A stretch of DNA of 57,353 bases, taken from positions 1-57,353 of the forward strand of contig JAHFAO010000003.1 of NCBI GenBank assembly GCA_023250515.1, read 5' to 3'. The notes under the pieces are model-generated. The model did no database searches and was not told where the DNA came from. It worked only from the letters and a program-made list of their open reading frames with translations. Positions 30,001 through 40,884 of this stretch are shown here, piece by piece. Made by a program: the position numbers and the translations under genes. Origin of the DNA: Deltaproteobacteria bacterium (lineage in GTDB: Bacteria > Desulfobacterota > Binatia > UBA9968). Positions within the stretch are counted from its first letter, which is position 1; every line of letters starts with the position of its first letter.

Positions 30001-31212
30001 CTCCTTTTCGACCATTTTCTTGGCGCTCTTGATCGTGGTTACATACCCTCTTTCCTCTAACTTGTTGTAGATAAATGGTTTGAAAAGCTCCAGGGCCATC
30101 TTCTTAGGCAGTCCGCATTGATGCAGTCGAAGTTCAGGGCCAACCACGATCACCGAGCGACCTGAGTAATCAACCCTCTTTCCTAGAAGGTTCTGACGGA
30201 AACGCCCCGTCTTTCCCTTGAGCATGTCGCTGAGAGACTTGAGAGGCCGACGGTTTTGACCGGTAATCGCCCTTCCCCTGCGTCCATTGTCAAATAGGGC
30301 ATCCACGGCCTCTTGCAGCATACGCTTCTCGTTGCGGATGATCATATCTGGGGCGCTGAGCTCCATGAGTCGTTTTAAACGATTGTTTCGGTTGATCACC
30401 CGACGATAGAGATCATTGAGATCGGAAGTGGCAAATCGACCCCCGTCCAGAGGCACGAGCGGGCGCAGATCCGGAGGGATCACCGGGACCACCTCAAGGA
30501 CCATCCATTCCGGCCGGTTCCCTGAGTTCTTAAAGGCATTGATCACCTTAAGCCGCTTGGCTATCTTTTTGCGCCGCACCTCGGAGTTGGTATCCCGCAT
30601 TTCCTGGCGCAGCTCGTCGGAAAGCTTTTGGAGATCTACGGACTTAAGTAGCTTTCGGATCGCCTCTGCCCCCATCCCTGCGGTAAAGTTCGAGCCATAC
30701 TCCTCAATGGCCTTACGGTAACGGCTCTCCGTGAGAAGCTCCTGATGCTGCAAAGGAGTCGAGCCCGGATCCATCACAACGTAAGCCTCAAAATAGAGAA
30801 CCTTCTCGATATCTTTAAGCGACATATCGAGAAGGGCGCCGATGCGACTGGGAAGGCTCTTTAAGAACCAGATGTGGACTACCGGGGTAGCCAACTCAAT
30901 ATGTCCCATCCGCTCTCGACGGACTTTCGATTGAATCACTTCAACCCCACACTTCTCACACACAACGCCCCGATGGCGCATCCTTTTATATTTGCCACAA
31001 TTGCACTCGTAGTCCTTGGTCGGACCGAAGATCTTAGCGCAGAATAGACCGTCGCGTTCCGGTTTAAAGGTCCTATAGTTGATGGTCTCCGGTTTCTTGA
31101 CCTCTCCGTGAGACCAAGAGTGGATCTTTTCTGGAGAGGCAAGAGAAACTTTAATAGCGTTGAAGCTCAGCGGATTTTTAGGCTTTTCAAAGAGATTGAA
31201 TAGATCTTCCAT
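27082..31212 (-). CDS. rpoC: RNA polymerase beta' subunit
   Basis: NADFDGD; Zn ribbon; ATG follows GAGGTG. Confidence 0.99.
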   Translation of the reverse strand: MEDLFNLFEKPKNPLSFNAIKVSLASPEKIHSWSHGEVKKPETINYRTFKPERDGLFCAKIFGPTKDYECNCGKYKRMRHRGVVCEKCGVEVIQSKVRRERMGHIELATPVVHIWFLKSLPSRIGALLDMSLKDIEKVLYFEAYVVMDPGSTPLQHQELLTESRYRKAIEEYGSNFTAGMGAEAIRKLLKSVDLQKLSDELRQEMRDTNSEVRRKKIAKRLKVINAFKNSGNRPEWMVLEVVPVIPPDLRPLVPLDGGRFATSDLNDLYRRVINRNNRLKRLMELSAPDMIIRNEKRMLQEAVDALFDNGRRGRAITGQNRRPLKSLSDMLKGKTGRFRQNLLGKRVDYSGRSVIVVGPELRLHQCGLPKKMALELFKPFIYNKLEERGYVTTIKSAKKMVEKERPEVWDILDEVIREHPVLLNRAPTLHRLGIQAFEPILIDGKAIQLHPLVCAAYNADFDGDQMAVHVPLSIEAQVEARTLMMSTNNILSPANGKPIIVPTQDIVLGLYYMTRERLSAKGPHRIFANAEEVRIAYDQGEVGLQVPITVRINKERIETTVGRVLLYEVVPPIIPFKEVNRVMKKKELANLIDISYRLAGNKATVILADRLKDIGYHYATKAGISIAIKDMVIPAGKEELLKRAHEDVREIEEQYKNGLITDGERYNKVVDIWAEVTDRIADEMLRDLGTESITDEKGHKITVPSFNPIFMMADSGARGSAQQIRQLAGMRGLMAKPSGEIIETPITANFREGLTVLQYFISTHGARKGLADTALKTANSGYLTRRLVDVAQDSVITEENCGTLDGIEMAPLMEGGEIIEPLGDRVLGRVALEDVKDPFTGEVIVKANQEIDEDLVQRIEDAGLERIKIRSVLTCQSKRAVCVMCYGRDLARGHMVNHGEAIGVIAAQSIGEPGTQLTMRTFHIGGTASRRAEQTTLEARNDGFLKFINISTVTNKDGDLVVMNRNGEIAIVDYPEGGDKGRERERERCPVVYGARFKKKDGSKIKAGELLAEWDPYTIPILTEVGGAVKFGDVIEGITMEEKVDERTGLSTKVMIDFKDMDKRPRISIKDVKGQTARLSQTAEARYLLPVGAHINVQEGQTISAGDALAKIPRETTKTKDITGGLPRVAELFEARKPKEFAVISEIDGVVSFGKDTKGKRKVVITPDVGEPREYLIQKGKHISVHEGDRVRAGEPLMDGSSNPHDILNILGEKALAKYLVDEVQEIYRLQGVRINDKHIEVIVRQMLRRVRIKEVGDADFLVGDQVEKSRFEEENQKVITQGGKPAVAEPLLLGITKASLSTESFISAASFQETTKVLTEAAIHGKVDLLCGLKENVIMGRLIPAGTGFSKYSNLELEIEESEVEEMKISEAAEA

Positions 31213-31221
31213 ATCCACCTC

Positions 31222-31312
31222 GATTGGTTATTCGTTAATCGTCTACCCGTTAATCGTGTACTCGTGATGTCAGATAATCGATTAACCAATATACGAATAA
31301 CGATTACACGAG
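31222..31312. repeat. Palindromic array, family A
   Basis: gttattc gttaatc gtctaccc gttaatc gtgtactc | gattaac caatatac gaataac gattacac gag, between rpoB and rpoC. Confidence 0.85.
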
Positions 31313-34300
31313 TTATTTTTCCTCCACCAGAGTTACATCTAAACCCAGGCTCTGTAATTCTTTAACCATTACATTGAAAGACTCCGGCAAACCGGGCTCG
31401 AGGAGGTTATCCCCTTTGACGATCGCCTCGTACATGCGGGTCCGACCCACCACATCATCCGATTTTACTGTGAGCATCTCTTGGAGCGTGTAAGCAGCGC
31501 CATATGCCTCCAGGGCCCAGACCTCCATCTCCCCAAGCCGCTGCCCACCGAACTGTGCCTTTCCGCCTAATGGCTGTTGGGTAACGAGCGAATAGGGTCC
31601 AGTGGAGCGTGCATGGATCTTATCGTCCACCAAGTGGTGGAGCTTCATGATATACATGACTCCAACTGTAACCCTCTCGTCAAAGGGCTCTCCGGTTCTG
31701 CCGTCAAAGAGAGTTGCCTGCCCCGTAACCGGGAGACCGGCCTTCCTGAGTAGATTAAAAATCTCCTCTTCCGTGGCTCCGTCAAAAACCGGAGAGGCGA
31801 AATGAATCCCCTCACGGCATTTCTCGGCTAGTCTGATGACGTCCGGATCTTTGACCCCATCAATAAACTCGCCGATCTCCCGAGAGGGCAGATACTCTTT
31901 GAGCCGACGACGAAGGTTATCGACATCAGGGCGACCATTGTGTATCAGCTCCTCAATCTGTTTCCCCAAACTTCGGGCTGACCAGCCCAGATGGGCCTCC
32001 AGAATCTGCCCGACGTTCATCCTTGAGGGAACTCCCAGGGGGTTCAGAACAACATCCACCGGGGTCCCATCTTCCAGATAGGGCATGTCTTCTTCAGGCA
32101 GAATACGGGAGATGACTCCCTTGTTGCCGTGTCGGCCCGCCATTTTATCTCCAACTTGAAGCTTGCGCTTGATAGCGACAAAAACCTTAACCAACCTGAT
32201 GACCCCAGGAGGAAGCTCGTCCCCGCTCTTAAGCTTATTGATCTTGTCCTGAAAAACCATCTTGATCAGGTCAATTTGTTCTGTGGTGCTCTCCACTATA
32301 CGTTTAAGCTCTGCCTCCACAGACTCATTATCGACTCGGATCTCCCCCCAATAGGTCGTAGGGATTTGCTCAAGATCTTCCTCAGTGATCTCCTTTCCTT
32401 TGTTTAAAAGAATCTTCCGGTTATCATCACTGAGGCGCGTGGCCATGCGACGGCCCACCAGCAGCTTTTTCAACCGCTTGAGGGTCCCCTCATGGATAAT
32501 CCGAACCTCTTCCTGCTGGTCCTTTTTCAGCCGGCTGATCTCCTCATCCTCAATGACTCGGCTCCTCTCATCCTTTCCCATCCCTTTCCGTGAAAAGATC
32601 CGAACGTTGATGACCGTTCCTTCGACCCCAGGCGGAACCCTGAGAGAGGTATCCCGCACCTCACCCGCCTTCTCCCCGAAGATTGCTCGCAGGAGCTTCT
32701 CCTCGGGGGAGAGTTGGGTTTCTCCTTTGGGAGTGATCTTACCTACAAGGATGTCTCCCGGCTTCACCTCTGCCCCGATACGAATGATCCCACTCTCGTC
32801 AAGGTCCGTTAACGCCTCATCGCCGACATTCGGGATATCTTGCGTAATCTCCTCAGGGCCAAGCTTGGTGTCACGGGAGACGCATTCGAATTCTTCAATA
32901 TGGATAGAGGTGTAAGTGTCCTCTTTGACCACCCGCTCGCTGATCAGAATCGAGTCCTCAAAGTTATAGCCACCCCAGGGCATCAGGGCGACCAGGACAT
33001 TGCGGCCCAAGGCGAGCTCGCCCATCTCCGTTGACGGCCCATCGCCGATGACATCACCAGCCTTTACATGATCGCCCACGACCACAATCGGTCTCTGGTT
33101 GACGCAGGTATTCTGATTGGAGCGCTGGTATTTCACGAGGCTGTAGATATCGACCCCCGTATCTCGGTGCGTCCCTGAAGGTCGATCGGCCTTGACTACA
33201 ATGCGGGTGGAGTCAACGCTTTCCACCACCCCATCGCGCCTAGCAACCACCGTCACACCGGAATCGCGCGCCACAACCTTCTCCATCCCAGTGCCAACTA
33301 AAGGGGCCTCGGTACGGAGCAGGGGAACTGCCTGGCGCTGCATGTTAGATCCCATCAGGGCTCGGTTGGCATCGTCATTTTCCAGGAAAGGAATGAGGGA
33401 GGCGGCCACGCTCACCAACTGGTTCGGCGAGACATCCATAAAATCAACCTCTTCCGGCCGCGCCATAACAAACTCACCACCTTTGCGTGCCGAAACGAGG
33501 TCTGCAGTGAAGATGCCCCGACTGTCGATCGGTGCATTGGCCTGCGCAATCACATGATCTTCCTCTTCAAGCGCCGAGAGATAACGGATCCGATCGGTCA
33601 CTCGACCATTCTCGACCTCGCGGTACGGGGTCTCGATAAAACCAAACTCGTTGACTCTTGCATGGGTAGTTAGAGAGGCGATTAAACCAATGTTGGGACC
33701 CTCCGGAGTCTCAATAGGACAGACCCGACCATAATGGGTCGGGTGCACGTCCCGGACCTCGAATCCTGCCCTCTCCCGGGTCAGACCCCCTGGACCAAGG
33801 GCCGAGAGACGACGCTTGTGGGTAATCTCCGAGAGGGGATTGGTCTGATCCATGAACTGGGAGAGCTGGCTGGAACCAAAAAACTCCTTCAGGGCGGCAG
33901 AGACAGGCTTATAGTTGATCAACTCCTGGGGCATCAGAGTTTCAATATCCTGCAGGCTCATCTTCTCCTTGATGGCCCTTTCCATTCTCACGAGCCCCAC
34001 GCGAAAGTGGTTCTCCACCAGTTCCCCTACCGCCCTAACACGGCGATTGCCGAGATGGTCAATATCGTCCACAGAGCCGTTCCCATTCTTCAGCTCCATA
34101 AGGTAACGAACCACCTCCAAGATATCCTCCTTGCGCAGTGTCCCGTGTTCCAAGGGCACACTGAGTTTGAGGCGGTGGTTCAGTTTGAGCCTCCCTACCT
34201 TAGAGAGATCGTAGCGATCAGGGTTGAAAAAGAGGTTGTTAAAAAAATTCGTGGCGGCGTCGACCGTAGGGGGATCCCCAGGCCGAAGCCTGCGGTAAAT

Positions 34301-35419
34301 CTCGATAATGGCTTCTTGCGGGGAATGTATCCTGTCTTGAAGGAGGGTATTACGCAAATAGGGACCAACATGGGAGTCATCAATATAGAGAACCTCAATC
34401 TCAGTTACCCCTTTTTCTCTAATCAGATCAAGCCTCTCTTGGCTGATCTCTTGGTTACACTCCACCAGGACCTTGCGGGTTTCAGGATCAACGATATCGT
34501 GGGAAGCAATGCGTCCAAGGATATCCTCCCACGCAATGGCGACATGCTTGACTCGGGAAAGCTCCATCTGACGGACCAAGGGCCGAGTCAACTTTCTTCC
34601 TTCCTTCACAATCAGATCATTGGTCTTAGGATCACGCACGTCGGATCCAGCCTTGACCCCGACTAACTGGTCGGGCTTGTAAACCAGCAAGGGCTTGCGT
34701 CCGTCAAACACGATGGTATCGCTTTTGTGGAAATAGTTGAGCAGGTCTTTGGTAGTCATCCCCAAGGCCCTTAGCAGTACCGTCGCCTGGAACTTACGCC
34801 GCCGATCGATGCGGACATAGAGGATATCTCTCGGATCGAACTCAAAATCGACCCAGGAGCCGCGATAGGGGATGACTCGGGCCGAGTAAAGGAGCTTCCC
34901 ACTGGCATGGGTCTTTCCCTTATCGTGCTCGAAAAATACCCCCGGCGAGCGATGGAGCTGGCTGACAATGACGCGCTCGGTTCCGTTGATCATGAAAGTC
35001 CCGTTCTTCGTCATCAATGGGAGCTCGCCAAAATAGACCTCTTGCTCTTTAACGTTCTTGATGCTCCTACTACCGGTCTGGGGATCCACGTCCCAGAGGA
35101 CCAGTTGAACCGTGACCTTCAGGGGTGCCGCGAATGTCATGCCCCTTTGGTGACATTCTTCCACATCGTACTTCGGCTCCCCGAGACTGTAACTTACGAA
35201 CTCCAGAGAGGCCGTGTCATTGAAGTCTTTGATGGGGAAAACGGACCTGAAGACCTCTTGAAGTCCTACGTTCTGTCTTTGGTTTGGGGCGGTATCTTTT
35301 TGCAGGAAGAGATCATAGGAGTTCTTCTGGATTTCAATCAGGTACGGTAGATCAATGATCTTCTTCGTCCTACCGAAATTGCGGCGAAACCTTAAATTGT
35401 GGGTCACTTGAAATGCCAT
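31313..35419 (-). CDS. rpoB: RNA polymerase beta subunit
   Basis: [13 protein letters not shown]; [12 protein letters not shown]; GGQRLGEME. Confidence 0.99.
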   Translation of the reverse strand: MAFQVTHNLRFRRNFGRTKKIIDLPYLIEIQKNSYDLFLQKDTAPNQRQNVGLQEVFRSVFPIKDFNDTASLEFVSYSLGEPKYDVEECHQRGMTFAAPLKVTVQLVLWDVDPQTGSRSIKNVKEQEVYFGELPLMTKNGTFMINGTERVIVSQLHRSPGVFFEHDKGKTHASGKLLYSARVIPYRGSWVDFEFDPRDILYVRIDRRRKFQATVLLRALGMTTKDLLNYFHKSDTIVFDGRKPLLVYKPDQLVGVKAGSDVRDPKTNDLIVKEGRKLTRPLVRQMELSRVKHVAIAWEDILGRIASHDIVDPETRKVLVECNQEISQERLDLIREKGVTEIEVLYIDDSHVGPYLRNTLLQDRIHSPQEAIIEIYRRLRPGDPPTVDAATNFFNNLFFNPDRYDLSKVGRLKLNHRLKLSVPLEHGTLRKEDILEVVRYLMELKNGNGSVDDIDHLGNRRVRAVGELVENHFRVGLVRMERAIKEKMSLQDIETLMPQELINYKPVSAALKEFFGSSQLSQFMDQTNPLSEITHKRRLSALGPGGLTRERAGFEVRDVHPTHYGRVCPIETPEGPNIGLIASLTTHARVNEFGFIETPYREVENGRVTDRIRYLSALEEEDHVIAQANAPIDSRGIFTADLVSARKGGEFVMARPEEVDFMDVSPNQLVSVAASLIPFLENDDANRALMGSNMQRQAVPLLRTEAPLVGTGMEKVVARDSGVTVVARRDGVVESVDSTRIVVKADRPSGTHRDTGVDIYSLVKYQRSNQNTCVNQRPIVVVGDHVKAGDVIGDGPSTEMGELALGRNVLVALMPWGGYNFEDSILISERVVKEDTYTSIHIEEFECVSRDTKLGPEEITQDIPNVGDEALTDLDESGIIRIGAEVKPGDILVGKITPKGETQLSPEEKLLRAIFGEKAGEVRDTSLRVPPGVEGTVINVRIFSRKGMGKDERSRVIEDEEISRLKKDQQEEVRIIHEGTLKRLKKLLVGRRMATRLSDDNRKILLNKGKEITEEDLEQIPTTYWGEIRVDNESVEAELKRIVESTTEQIDLIKMVFQDKINKLKSGDELPPGVIRLVKVFVAIKRKLQVGDKMAGRHGNKGVISRILPEEDMPYLEDGTPVDVVLNPLGVPSRMNVGQILEAHLGWSARSLGKQIEELIHNGRPDVDNLRRRLKEYLPSREIGEFIDGVKDPDVIRLAEKCREGIHFASPVFDGATEEEIFNLLRKAGLPVTGQATLFDGRTGEPFDERVTVGVMYIMKLHHLVDDKIHARSTGPYSLVTQQPLGGKAQFGGQRLGEMEVWALEAYGAAYTLQEMLTVKSDDVVGRTRMYEAIVKGDNLLEPGLPESFNVMVKELQSLGLDVTLVEEK

Positions 35420-35473
35420 GATTATTCCTCTTTCAATAGTCTTTCATCTGTGATCTGGTCGAAAGCCAAATGC

Positions 35474-35848
35474 TCACTTGATATCGACTTTGCCTCCCAC
35501 CTCCTCGATCTTTTTCTTGATCGATTCTGCCTCAGCCTTGGGAACACCATCCTTGAGCGGTTTAGGGACGCCGTCCACCAGATCCTTCGCCTCTTTCAAC
35601 CCCAAACTGGTGAGTTCTCGCACCACCTTGATAACCTGGATCTTTTTTTCTCCAGCGTCAGTCAGGATCACGTTGAACTCGGTCTTCTCCTCTGCCGTAG
35701 CGGCAGGCCCAGCCTGTCCGGCCGCGACGGCTACTGGCGCCGCGGCGCTAACGCCCAACTCGGCTTCCAATTCCTTCACCAAAGTTGCCAATTCCAACGC
35801 TGAACTGTGTTTAATAAACTCCTTAACTTGCTCTCTTGTTACTTCCAT
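35474..35848 (-). CDS. rplL: 50S ribosomal protein L7/L12
   Basis: EEKTEFNV; KIQVIKVVR; LGLKEAK. Confidence 0.97.
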   Translation of the reverse strand: MEVTREQVKEFIKHSSALELATLVKELEAELGVSAAAPVAVAAGQAGPAATAEEKTEFNVILTDAGEKKIQVIKVVRELTSLGLKEAKDLVDGVPKPLKDGVPKAEAESIKKKIEEVGGKVDIK

Positions 35849-35869
35849 GGCTCCTCCCTGTGGAAAAAT

Positions 35870-36418
35870 TTAAGATTGAGATTCTTTCTGCTTGCGCAAT
35901 GTCTCGAGAAGCCTGACCATCCTCGCCCCCGGCTCTTGGATGAGCCGGAGAAGCTGAACCGCCGGGGCCTGCATGAGAGCAAGGAGCTTGGCCTGGAGTT
36001 CAGGCCGACTTGGCATCTGGGCCAAGACCTTGACCTTGGCCTGATCCATAAACTCCCCCTCTACCATCCCACCCTTGATTGTGAGTTTCTCGTTCTCCTC
36101 GATGAACTTGACCAGCGCTTTGGAGAGGATCACCGGATCCTCATAGCCGAAGATCCATCCCGTTGGCCCCACGAGGAGCGGATCCAGCGAGCCATAAGCA
36201 GTATCTTTCAGGGCACGATGCACCAAAGTGTTCTTAATCACTTGATACTCCCCTGATGCTTGACGGATCTCCCGCCGGAGTCGCGTCATCTGCGCCACCG
36301 TAAGGCCTCGATACCCAGTGACTATGGCCATCTTAGCGGCTTTAAATTTCTCCTGGACCGCTGTGACGGTCTTGGCTTTTTCCTGATGACTTGAACGTTC
36401 TGTTACTAACTCAGCCAT
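35870..36418 (-). CDS. rplJ: 50S ribosomal protein L10
   Basis: YRGLTVAQMTRLR; VIKNTL. Confidence 0.96.
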   Translation of the reverse strand: MAELVTERSSHQEKAKTVTAVQEKFKAAKMAIVTGYRGLTVAQMTRLRREIRQASGEYQVIKNTLVHRALKDTAYGSLDPLLVGPTGWIFGYEDPVILSKALVKFIEENEKLTIKGGMVEGEFMDQAKVKVLAQMPSRPELQAKLLALMQAPAVQLLRLIQEPGARMVRLLETLRKQKESQS

Positions 36419-36434
36419 CCGTTCTCCCCTTAGC

Positions 36435-37139
36435 TCACGCCGCTAGTGCGCGAATCTGAGACAGATCTATCTTGACCCCCGGCCCCATCGTTGTGGAAAG
36501 GGTCACCCCCAGAACGTAATTGCCTTTAGCAGAAGGGGGCTTGGCCCGAAGGATAGATGTCAAAACAACCCGCGCATTGTCCAAGAGCTTATCCGCGCCA
36601 AAGGAGACCTTGCCAATAGGCAAGTGAATGGTTCCCGCTTTGTCGACTCTAAACTCAAGCTTTCCCGCCTTGATCTCCTTTACTGCCTTAGCGATATCAA
36701 GGGTTACGGTCCCAGTTTTGGGATTGGGCATCAAGCCCCTGGGGCCTAAAATCTTTCCAATCCTGCTAACCACCCCCATCATGTCCGGGGTGGCAACGGT
36801 CTTGTCAAAGTCGATCCATCCTTCACTTATTCTCTTGATAAGATCTTCAGCCCCAACATAGTCGGCTCCAGCCTCTTGAGCCTCTCTTTCCTTTTCCCCT
36901 TTGGCGAAGGCCAGAACCCGCACCACCTTCCCCACACCATGGGGAAGGACCACAGTTCCCCGAACATTTTGTTCTGCCTGCCGGGGATCCACGCCCAACC
37001 GGACTGCCATCTCTACGGTCTCATCAAACTTGGCCCTAGCAGTTTCGTGCACCAGACGGAGCCCTTCTTCCAACAGATACCTCCGGGCGCGATCTACCTT
37101 AGCCAACACGGTGCGATAGCCTTTCCCTCTCTGTTTCAT
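36435..37139 (-). CDS. rplA: 50S ribosomal protein L1
   Basis: KFDETVE; [11 protein letters not shown]; STTMGPG. Confidence 0.98.
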   Translation of the reverse strand: MKQRGKGYRTVLAKVDRARRYLLEEGLRLVHETARAKFDETVEMAVRLGVDPRQAEQNVRGTVVLPHGVGKVVRVLAFAKGEKEREAQEAGADYVGAEDLIKRISEGWIDFDKTVATPDMMGVVSRIGKILGPRGLMPNPKTGTVTLDIAKAVKEIKAGKLEFRVDKAGTIHLPIGKVSFGADKLLDNARVVLTSILRAKPPSAKGNYVLGVTLSTTMGPGVKIDLSQIRALAA

Positions 37140-37153
37140 GGCGTCCTCAAATC

Positions 37154-37262
37154 GAAACCAGTAGTCAGTATCCAGTAGCCTCTAGCTTCCCACCCTCCGT
37201 ATTATTCTGGATTCTGAATACTGTCTGCTGGACTTTTCATGCTGAATTCTAGCTCCTGGATG
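37154..37262. repeat. Palindromic heptamer array, family B
   Basis: ccagtag tcagtat ccagtag ... ttctgga ttctgaa tactgtc tgctgga ... ctgaattct, between rplK and rplA. Confidence 0.7.
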
Positions 37263-37276
37263 CCGCGTCCTATCTT

Positions 37277-37702
37277 CTAGCCTTCAATTTCCAAACCCAA
37301 GCTCCTTGCCGTCCCCTCCACAGTCTTCTCCGCAGCTTCTAAGTCCTTAGCTGTTAGATCGCGCAACTTGATCTCAGCAATTTCTCGTACCTGCGCCCGG
37401 GTTACTTTCCCTACCTTTACTTTCCCGGGCTCACCCGATCCTTTTTCAATCCCAGCCGCCTTCTTCAGCAGAACGGATGCCGGAGGGGTCTTGGTTACAA
37501 AAGTAAAGGAACGATCCGCGTAGACAGTTATGATCACCGGTATAATCATCCCTTGCTGGGACTGGGTTGCCGCATTAAAGGCCTTGCAAAATTCCATAAT
37601 ATTGACCCCACGTTGCCCCAAGGCAGGCCCCACTGGGGGGCTAGGATTCGCCTGACCGGCTGGGATCTGCAGTTTTACTTGCCCAATAACTTTCTTGGCC
37701 AT
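37277..37702 (-). CDS. rplK: 50S ribosomal protein L11
   Basis: [12 protein letters not shown]; FCKAFN. Confidence 0.98.
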   Translation of the reverse strand: MAKKVIGQVKLQIPAGQANPSPPVGPALGQRGVNIMEFCKAFNAATQSQQGMIIPVIITVYADRSFTFVTKTPPASVLLKKAAGIEKGSGEPGKVKVGKVTRAQVREIAEIKLRDLTAKDLEAAEKTVEGTARSLGLEIEG

Positions 37703-37712
37703 AATTAAAACT

Positions 37713-37779
37713 AACGTTTAAGTCGTTTAAGACGTTCAAATCGTTGAACGCCTTGAACGGATTGAACGTTTTGAACGGC
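37713..37779. repeat. Palindromic 9-mer array, family D (CGTTYAA / TTGAACG)
   Basis: cgtttaagt cgtttaaga cgttcaaat cg | ttgaacgcc ttgaacgga ttgaacgtt ttgaacgg, between nusG and rplK. Confidence 0.88.
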
Positions 37780-37789
37780 TTCTACTTTG

Positions 37790-38320
37790 TCAGTTCCGCT
37801 CCACCTGAACAAATTCCAATTCCACCGGCGTGGCACGCCCGAAGATGCTGATCAGCACCCTGAGTTTCCCTTTCTCCGGCCGCACCTCCTCCACTACTCC
37901 ATTAAAGTCGGCAAAAGGACCATCGACGACCTTCACGCTTTCGCCTACGGAGAAGAGAAATCGGGGTCTGGGCTTAATAGCCCCCTCTTCCATCTGCTGA
38001 GTTATCCCTTTGACCTCTTCATCGCTGACTGCAGGAGGATTGGTAGTTCCTCCCACAAATCCAGTCACCTTTGGAGTTTCCTTGACGATGTGCCATGTCT
38101 CGTCGTTCAGTTCCATCTGCACCAGGATATAGCCAGGAAAGAACTTCCTCGAAGAAGTCTTCTTTTTCCCCTTGACCAACTCCACGACTTTCTCCACGGG
38201 AACCAAGATCTCACCGAAGAAGTCTCGTTTCCCTAGGGTCTTGATCCTCTCTTCCAGGGCCGCCTTAGCCTTCTGCTCATAGCCTGAAAACGTATGCACT
38301 ACGTACCACTTCTTTTCCAT
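37790..38320 (-). CDS. nusG: Transcription factor NusG
   Basis: KWYVVHTFSGYE; FPGY; KOW; IFGRATPVEL. Confidence 0.98.
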   Translation of the reverse strand: MEKKWYVVHTFSGYEQKAKAALEERIKTLGKRDFFGEILVPVEKVVELVKGKKKTSSRKFFPGYILVQMELNDETWHIVKETPKVTGFVGGTTNPPAVSDEEVKGITQQMEEGAIKPRPRFLFSVGESVKVVDGPFADFNGVVEEVRPEKGKLRVLISIFGRATPVELEFVQVERN

Positions 38321-38340
38321 ACGGGAGAACCTATAGGAAG

Positions 38341-38556
38341 TTAACTGATAATGGCCTGAATGGCTCGGGTCAGACCGAAATCTACTAATGCCAGGAAAAG
38401 GGCGATCATCAAAACAACAATCAAGACGACCGAAGTCGCCGCATAGGTTTCCTTTCGAGAAGGCCAATGGACCTTCTTCAACTCTTGCCAGGCCTCCTTA
38501 AAGAACTCGACCGAATGCCGAACGGTATCCTGAACCTTCTGTGCCCATTCCCCCAT
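38341..38556 (-). CDS. secE: Preprotein translocase SecE
   Basis: ELKKVHWP followed by a transmembrane helix. Confidence 0.95.
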   Translation of the reverse strand: MGEWAQKVQDTVRHSVEFFKEAWQELKKVHWPSRKETYAATSVVLIVVLMIALFLALVDFGLTRAIQAIIS

Positions 38557-38578
38557 GAGGTTGCCGAACGCGATGAGA

Positions 38579-38656
38579 TGGCGGGTCAGGCAGGACTCGA
38601 ACCTGCAACAACCGGATTTGGAGTCCGGCGCTCTATCCAGTTGGAGCTACTGACCC
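38579..38656 (-). tRNA. tRNA-Trp(CCA)
   Basis: Cloverleaf; anticodon arm ccgga-ctccaaa-tccgg; CCA encoded. Confidence 0.95.
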
Positions 38657-38667
38657 CTGGATCTCAT

Positions 38668-38820
38668 TTAAAGTTTGACCTCGCGATGCAGGGTGTGGGT
38701 CCGGCAGAAAGGACAGAATTTCTTGAATGCTAACTTGTCCGTAGTCCTTTTTCTGTTTTTTGTAGTCGTATAATTCTTCCGCTTACATTGATCGCAAGCA
38801 AAACCTATAAAATCTCGCAT
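38668..38820 (-). CDS. rpmG: 50S ribosomal protein L33 (Zn-binding type)
   Basis: Manual translation MRDFIGFACDQCKRKNYTTTKNRKRTTDKLAFKKFCPFCRTHTLHREVKL (50 aa). Confidence 0.96.
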   Translation of the reverse strand: MRDFIGFACDQCKRKNYTTTKNRKRTTDKLAFKKFCPFCRTHTLHREVKL

Positions 38821-38846
38821 GGCTTCTCCCTCTACTGGACATTACT

Positions 38847-40046
38847 TTACTGGATAATCTTGGTGACTACCCCTGCCCCCACTGTCCTACCTCCTTCACG
38901 GATAGCAAATCTCAAGCCTTCATCCATAGCAATCGGGGTAATGAGCGATACCTCCGTATTGACGTTGTCTCCAGGCATGACCATCTCGGTCCCTTCGGGC
39001 AATTTCACAACACCAGTCACATCGGTCGTACGAAAATAGAATTGCGGTCGGTACCCATTGAAGAACGGGGTATGCCTTCCCCCCTCCTCCTTAGTGAGGA
39101 CATAGGCCTCGGCGTTGAACTGGGTGTGTGGTGTAATACTGCCCGGTTTAGCCAAGACCTGACCCCTTTCTACCTCTTCCCTCTTTGTTCCCCTGAGAAG
39201 AACTCCGATATTATCCCCAGCTCGACCCTCGTCCAAAAGCTTGCGAAACATCTCTACCCCGGTAGCAACGGTCTTTTGGGTATCCTTAAAACCTACGATC
39301 TCTACTTCATCTCCTACTCGAACGATACCCCTCTCCACTCGTCCCGTAACCACCGTTCCGCGACCACTTATGGTAAAGACATCCTCTACGGGCATGATGA
39401 AAGGCTTATCCACATCCCGCACCGGCTCCTTGATATAGCTATCTACCGCATCCATCAACTTTAGAATCCCACCACAGTTAGGGCAGTCGTCTTTGGCACA
39501 CCCACACTCCAGGGCCTTAAGGGCACTGCCAACGACAATAGGGGTCTCATCCCCAGGGAACTTATATTTGGAAAGCAACTCCCTGACCTCCAGCTCCACA
39601 AGATCTAGAAGCTCCTTATCGTCCACCATGTCTGCCTTATTGAGGAAGGCCACTATGGTTGGAACCCCGACCTGCCGTGCAAGCAGAATATGCTCACGGG
39701 TCTGAGGCATAGGACCATCCGCTGCCGAGACAACCAGAATGGCGCCATCCATCTGCGCTGCGCCGGTGATCATGTTTTTGACATAGTCAGCATGACCCGG
39801 GCAGTCGACATGGGCGTAATGCCTTTTCGACGTCTCATACTCCACATGGGCGATGTTGATCGTCAGACCCCGCTCTTTTTCCTCCGGCGCCTTGTCAATT
39901 TGGTCATAGGCCATGAATTTCGCCATTCCCTTTTTCTCCAACACCTTGGTGATGGAGGCAGTCAAGGTAGTCTTTCCATGATCGACGTGACCGATCGTCC
40001 CGATGTTAAGATGGGGTTTCTTTCGTTCAAATTTCTGTTTACTCAT
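38847..40046 (-). CDS. tuf: Elongation factor Tu
   Basis: GHVDHGKTT; DCPGHADY; NKAD; [10 protein letters not shown]. Confidence 0.99.
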   Translation of the reverse strand: MSKQKFERKKPHLNIGTIGHVDHGKTTLTASITKVLEKKGMAKFMAYDQIDKAPEEKERGLTINIAHVEYETSKRHYAHVDCPGHADYVKNMITGAAQMDGAILVVSAADGPMPQTREHILLARQVGVPTIVAFLNKADMVDDKELLDLVELEVRELLSKYKFPGDETPIVVGSALKALECGCAKDDCPNCGGILKLMDAVDSYIKEPVRDVDKPFIMPVEDVFTISGRGTVVTGRVERGIVRVGDEVEIVGFKDTQKTVATGVEMFRKLLDEGRAGDNIGVLLRGTKREEVERGQVLAKPGSITPHTQFNAEAYVLTKEEGGRHTPFFNGYRPQFYFRTTDVTGVVKLPEGTEMVMPGDNVNTEVSLITPIAMDEGLRFAIREGGRTVGAGVVTKIIQ

Positions 40047-40140
40047 CTCGTCCTCCTATCGGTTTACCATCCGCTTGTTTGTTCACGAGCACACATAATT
40101 ATTTAGACTGTGTCGTTGTTTGCCATAGCTCCGGGCAAAA

Positions 40141-40213
40141 AGCCCAGGAGCGGGATTGAACCGCCGACCTCGTCCTTACCAAGGACGTGCTCTACCGACT
40201 GAGCTACCTGGGC
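40141..40213 (-). tRNA. tRNA-Thr(GGT), CCA not encoded
   Basis: Anticodon arm cgtcc-ttggtaa-ggacg; acceptor stem GCCCAGG/CCTGGGC. Confidence 0.94.
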
Positions 40214-40227
40214 ATTTCAGTCGATGA

Positions 40228-40302
40228 CTTATAGCATATGGCTGATCCCACTCCGCCGGAGTCTTGAATGACCATCTGCTATCTGCCATCAGCCATATGC
40301 AT
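40228..40302. repeat. Degenerate palindromic heptamer array, family C-like
   Basis: tagcata tggctga ... ccatc tgctatc tgccatc agccata tgc, between tRNA-Gly and tRNA-Thr. Confidence 0.6.
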
Positions 40303-40305
40303 AAC

Positions 40306-40382
40306 TGGAGCGGGAAACGGGATTCGAACCCGCGACCCCGAGCTTGGAAGGCTCGCGCTCTAACCAACTGAGCTATTCCCGC
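40306..40382 (-). tRNA. tRNA-Gly(TCC)
   Basis: Anticodon arm cgagc-cttccaa-gctcg; CCA encoded. Confidence 0.95.
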
Positions 40383-40387
40383 ATGAA

Positions 40388-40473
<86 letters not shown>

Positions 40474-40562
40474 TCCTCTACCTCGATACCAAATCCATAA
40501 GACGTCCACGGCCTAAGGGCCCGCCCGCGTCCAGCTCGATCAACACCCCCATCCTCTCGATC

Positions 40563-40637
40563 TGGAGCTGGCGATAGGAGTTGAACCTACAACCTGCTGA
40601 TTACAAATCAGCTGCTCTGCCATTGAGCTACGCCAGC
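40563..40637 (-). tRNA. tRNA-Thr(TGT)
   Basis: Anticodon arm gctga-tttgtaa-tcagc; CCA encoded. Confidence 0.95.
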
Positions 40638-40787
40638 TTTGACTCTGAAACAACTAATTCCACGCGTCAGTGCCAAAGCTTTACTCGCTCGCCGTCGAAA
40701 AAGTGCAACGGAAAAACCCGCTGGAAAAGTATGAACCCAACCTTTGAGGTAAATGATAGCAACTAAAATTAGCTATTTTAATCTGTT

Positions 40788-40817
40788 ATTTAAAGCACCT
40801 TCTCCCACCATTGTCAA
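40788..40817 (-). promoter_or_regulatory. Candidate promoter for the tRNA-tuf operon
   Basis: TTGACA-18 nt-TTAAAT in an AT-rich context. Confidence 0.45.
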
Positions 40818-40884
40818 CAGCAAATAGCCATATTTTTAGCTATCGTCCCCTCAGGCTTCGTGTTTTAAAAAGCACTTCCCTTTG

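Noticed and set aside
27919-34666. Long plus-strand ORFs (304, 246 and 310 aa)
   Set aside because: Antisense shadows of rpoC and rpoB, expected from codon bias
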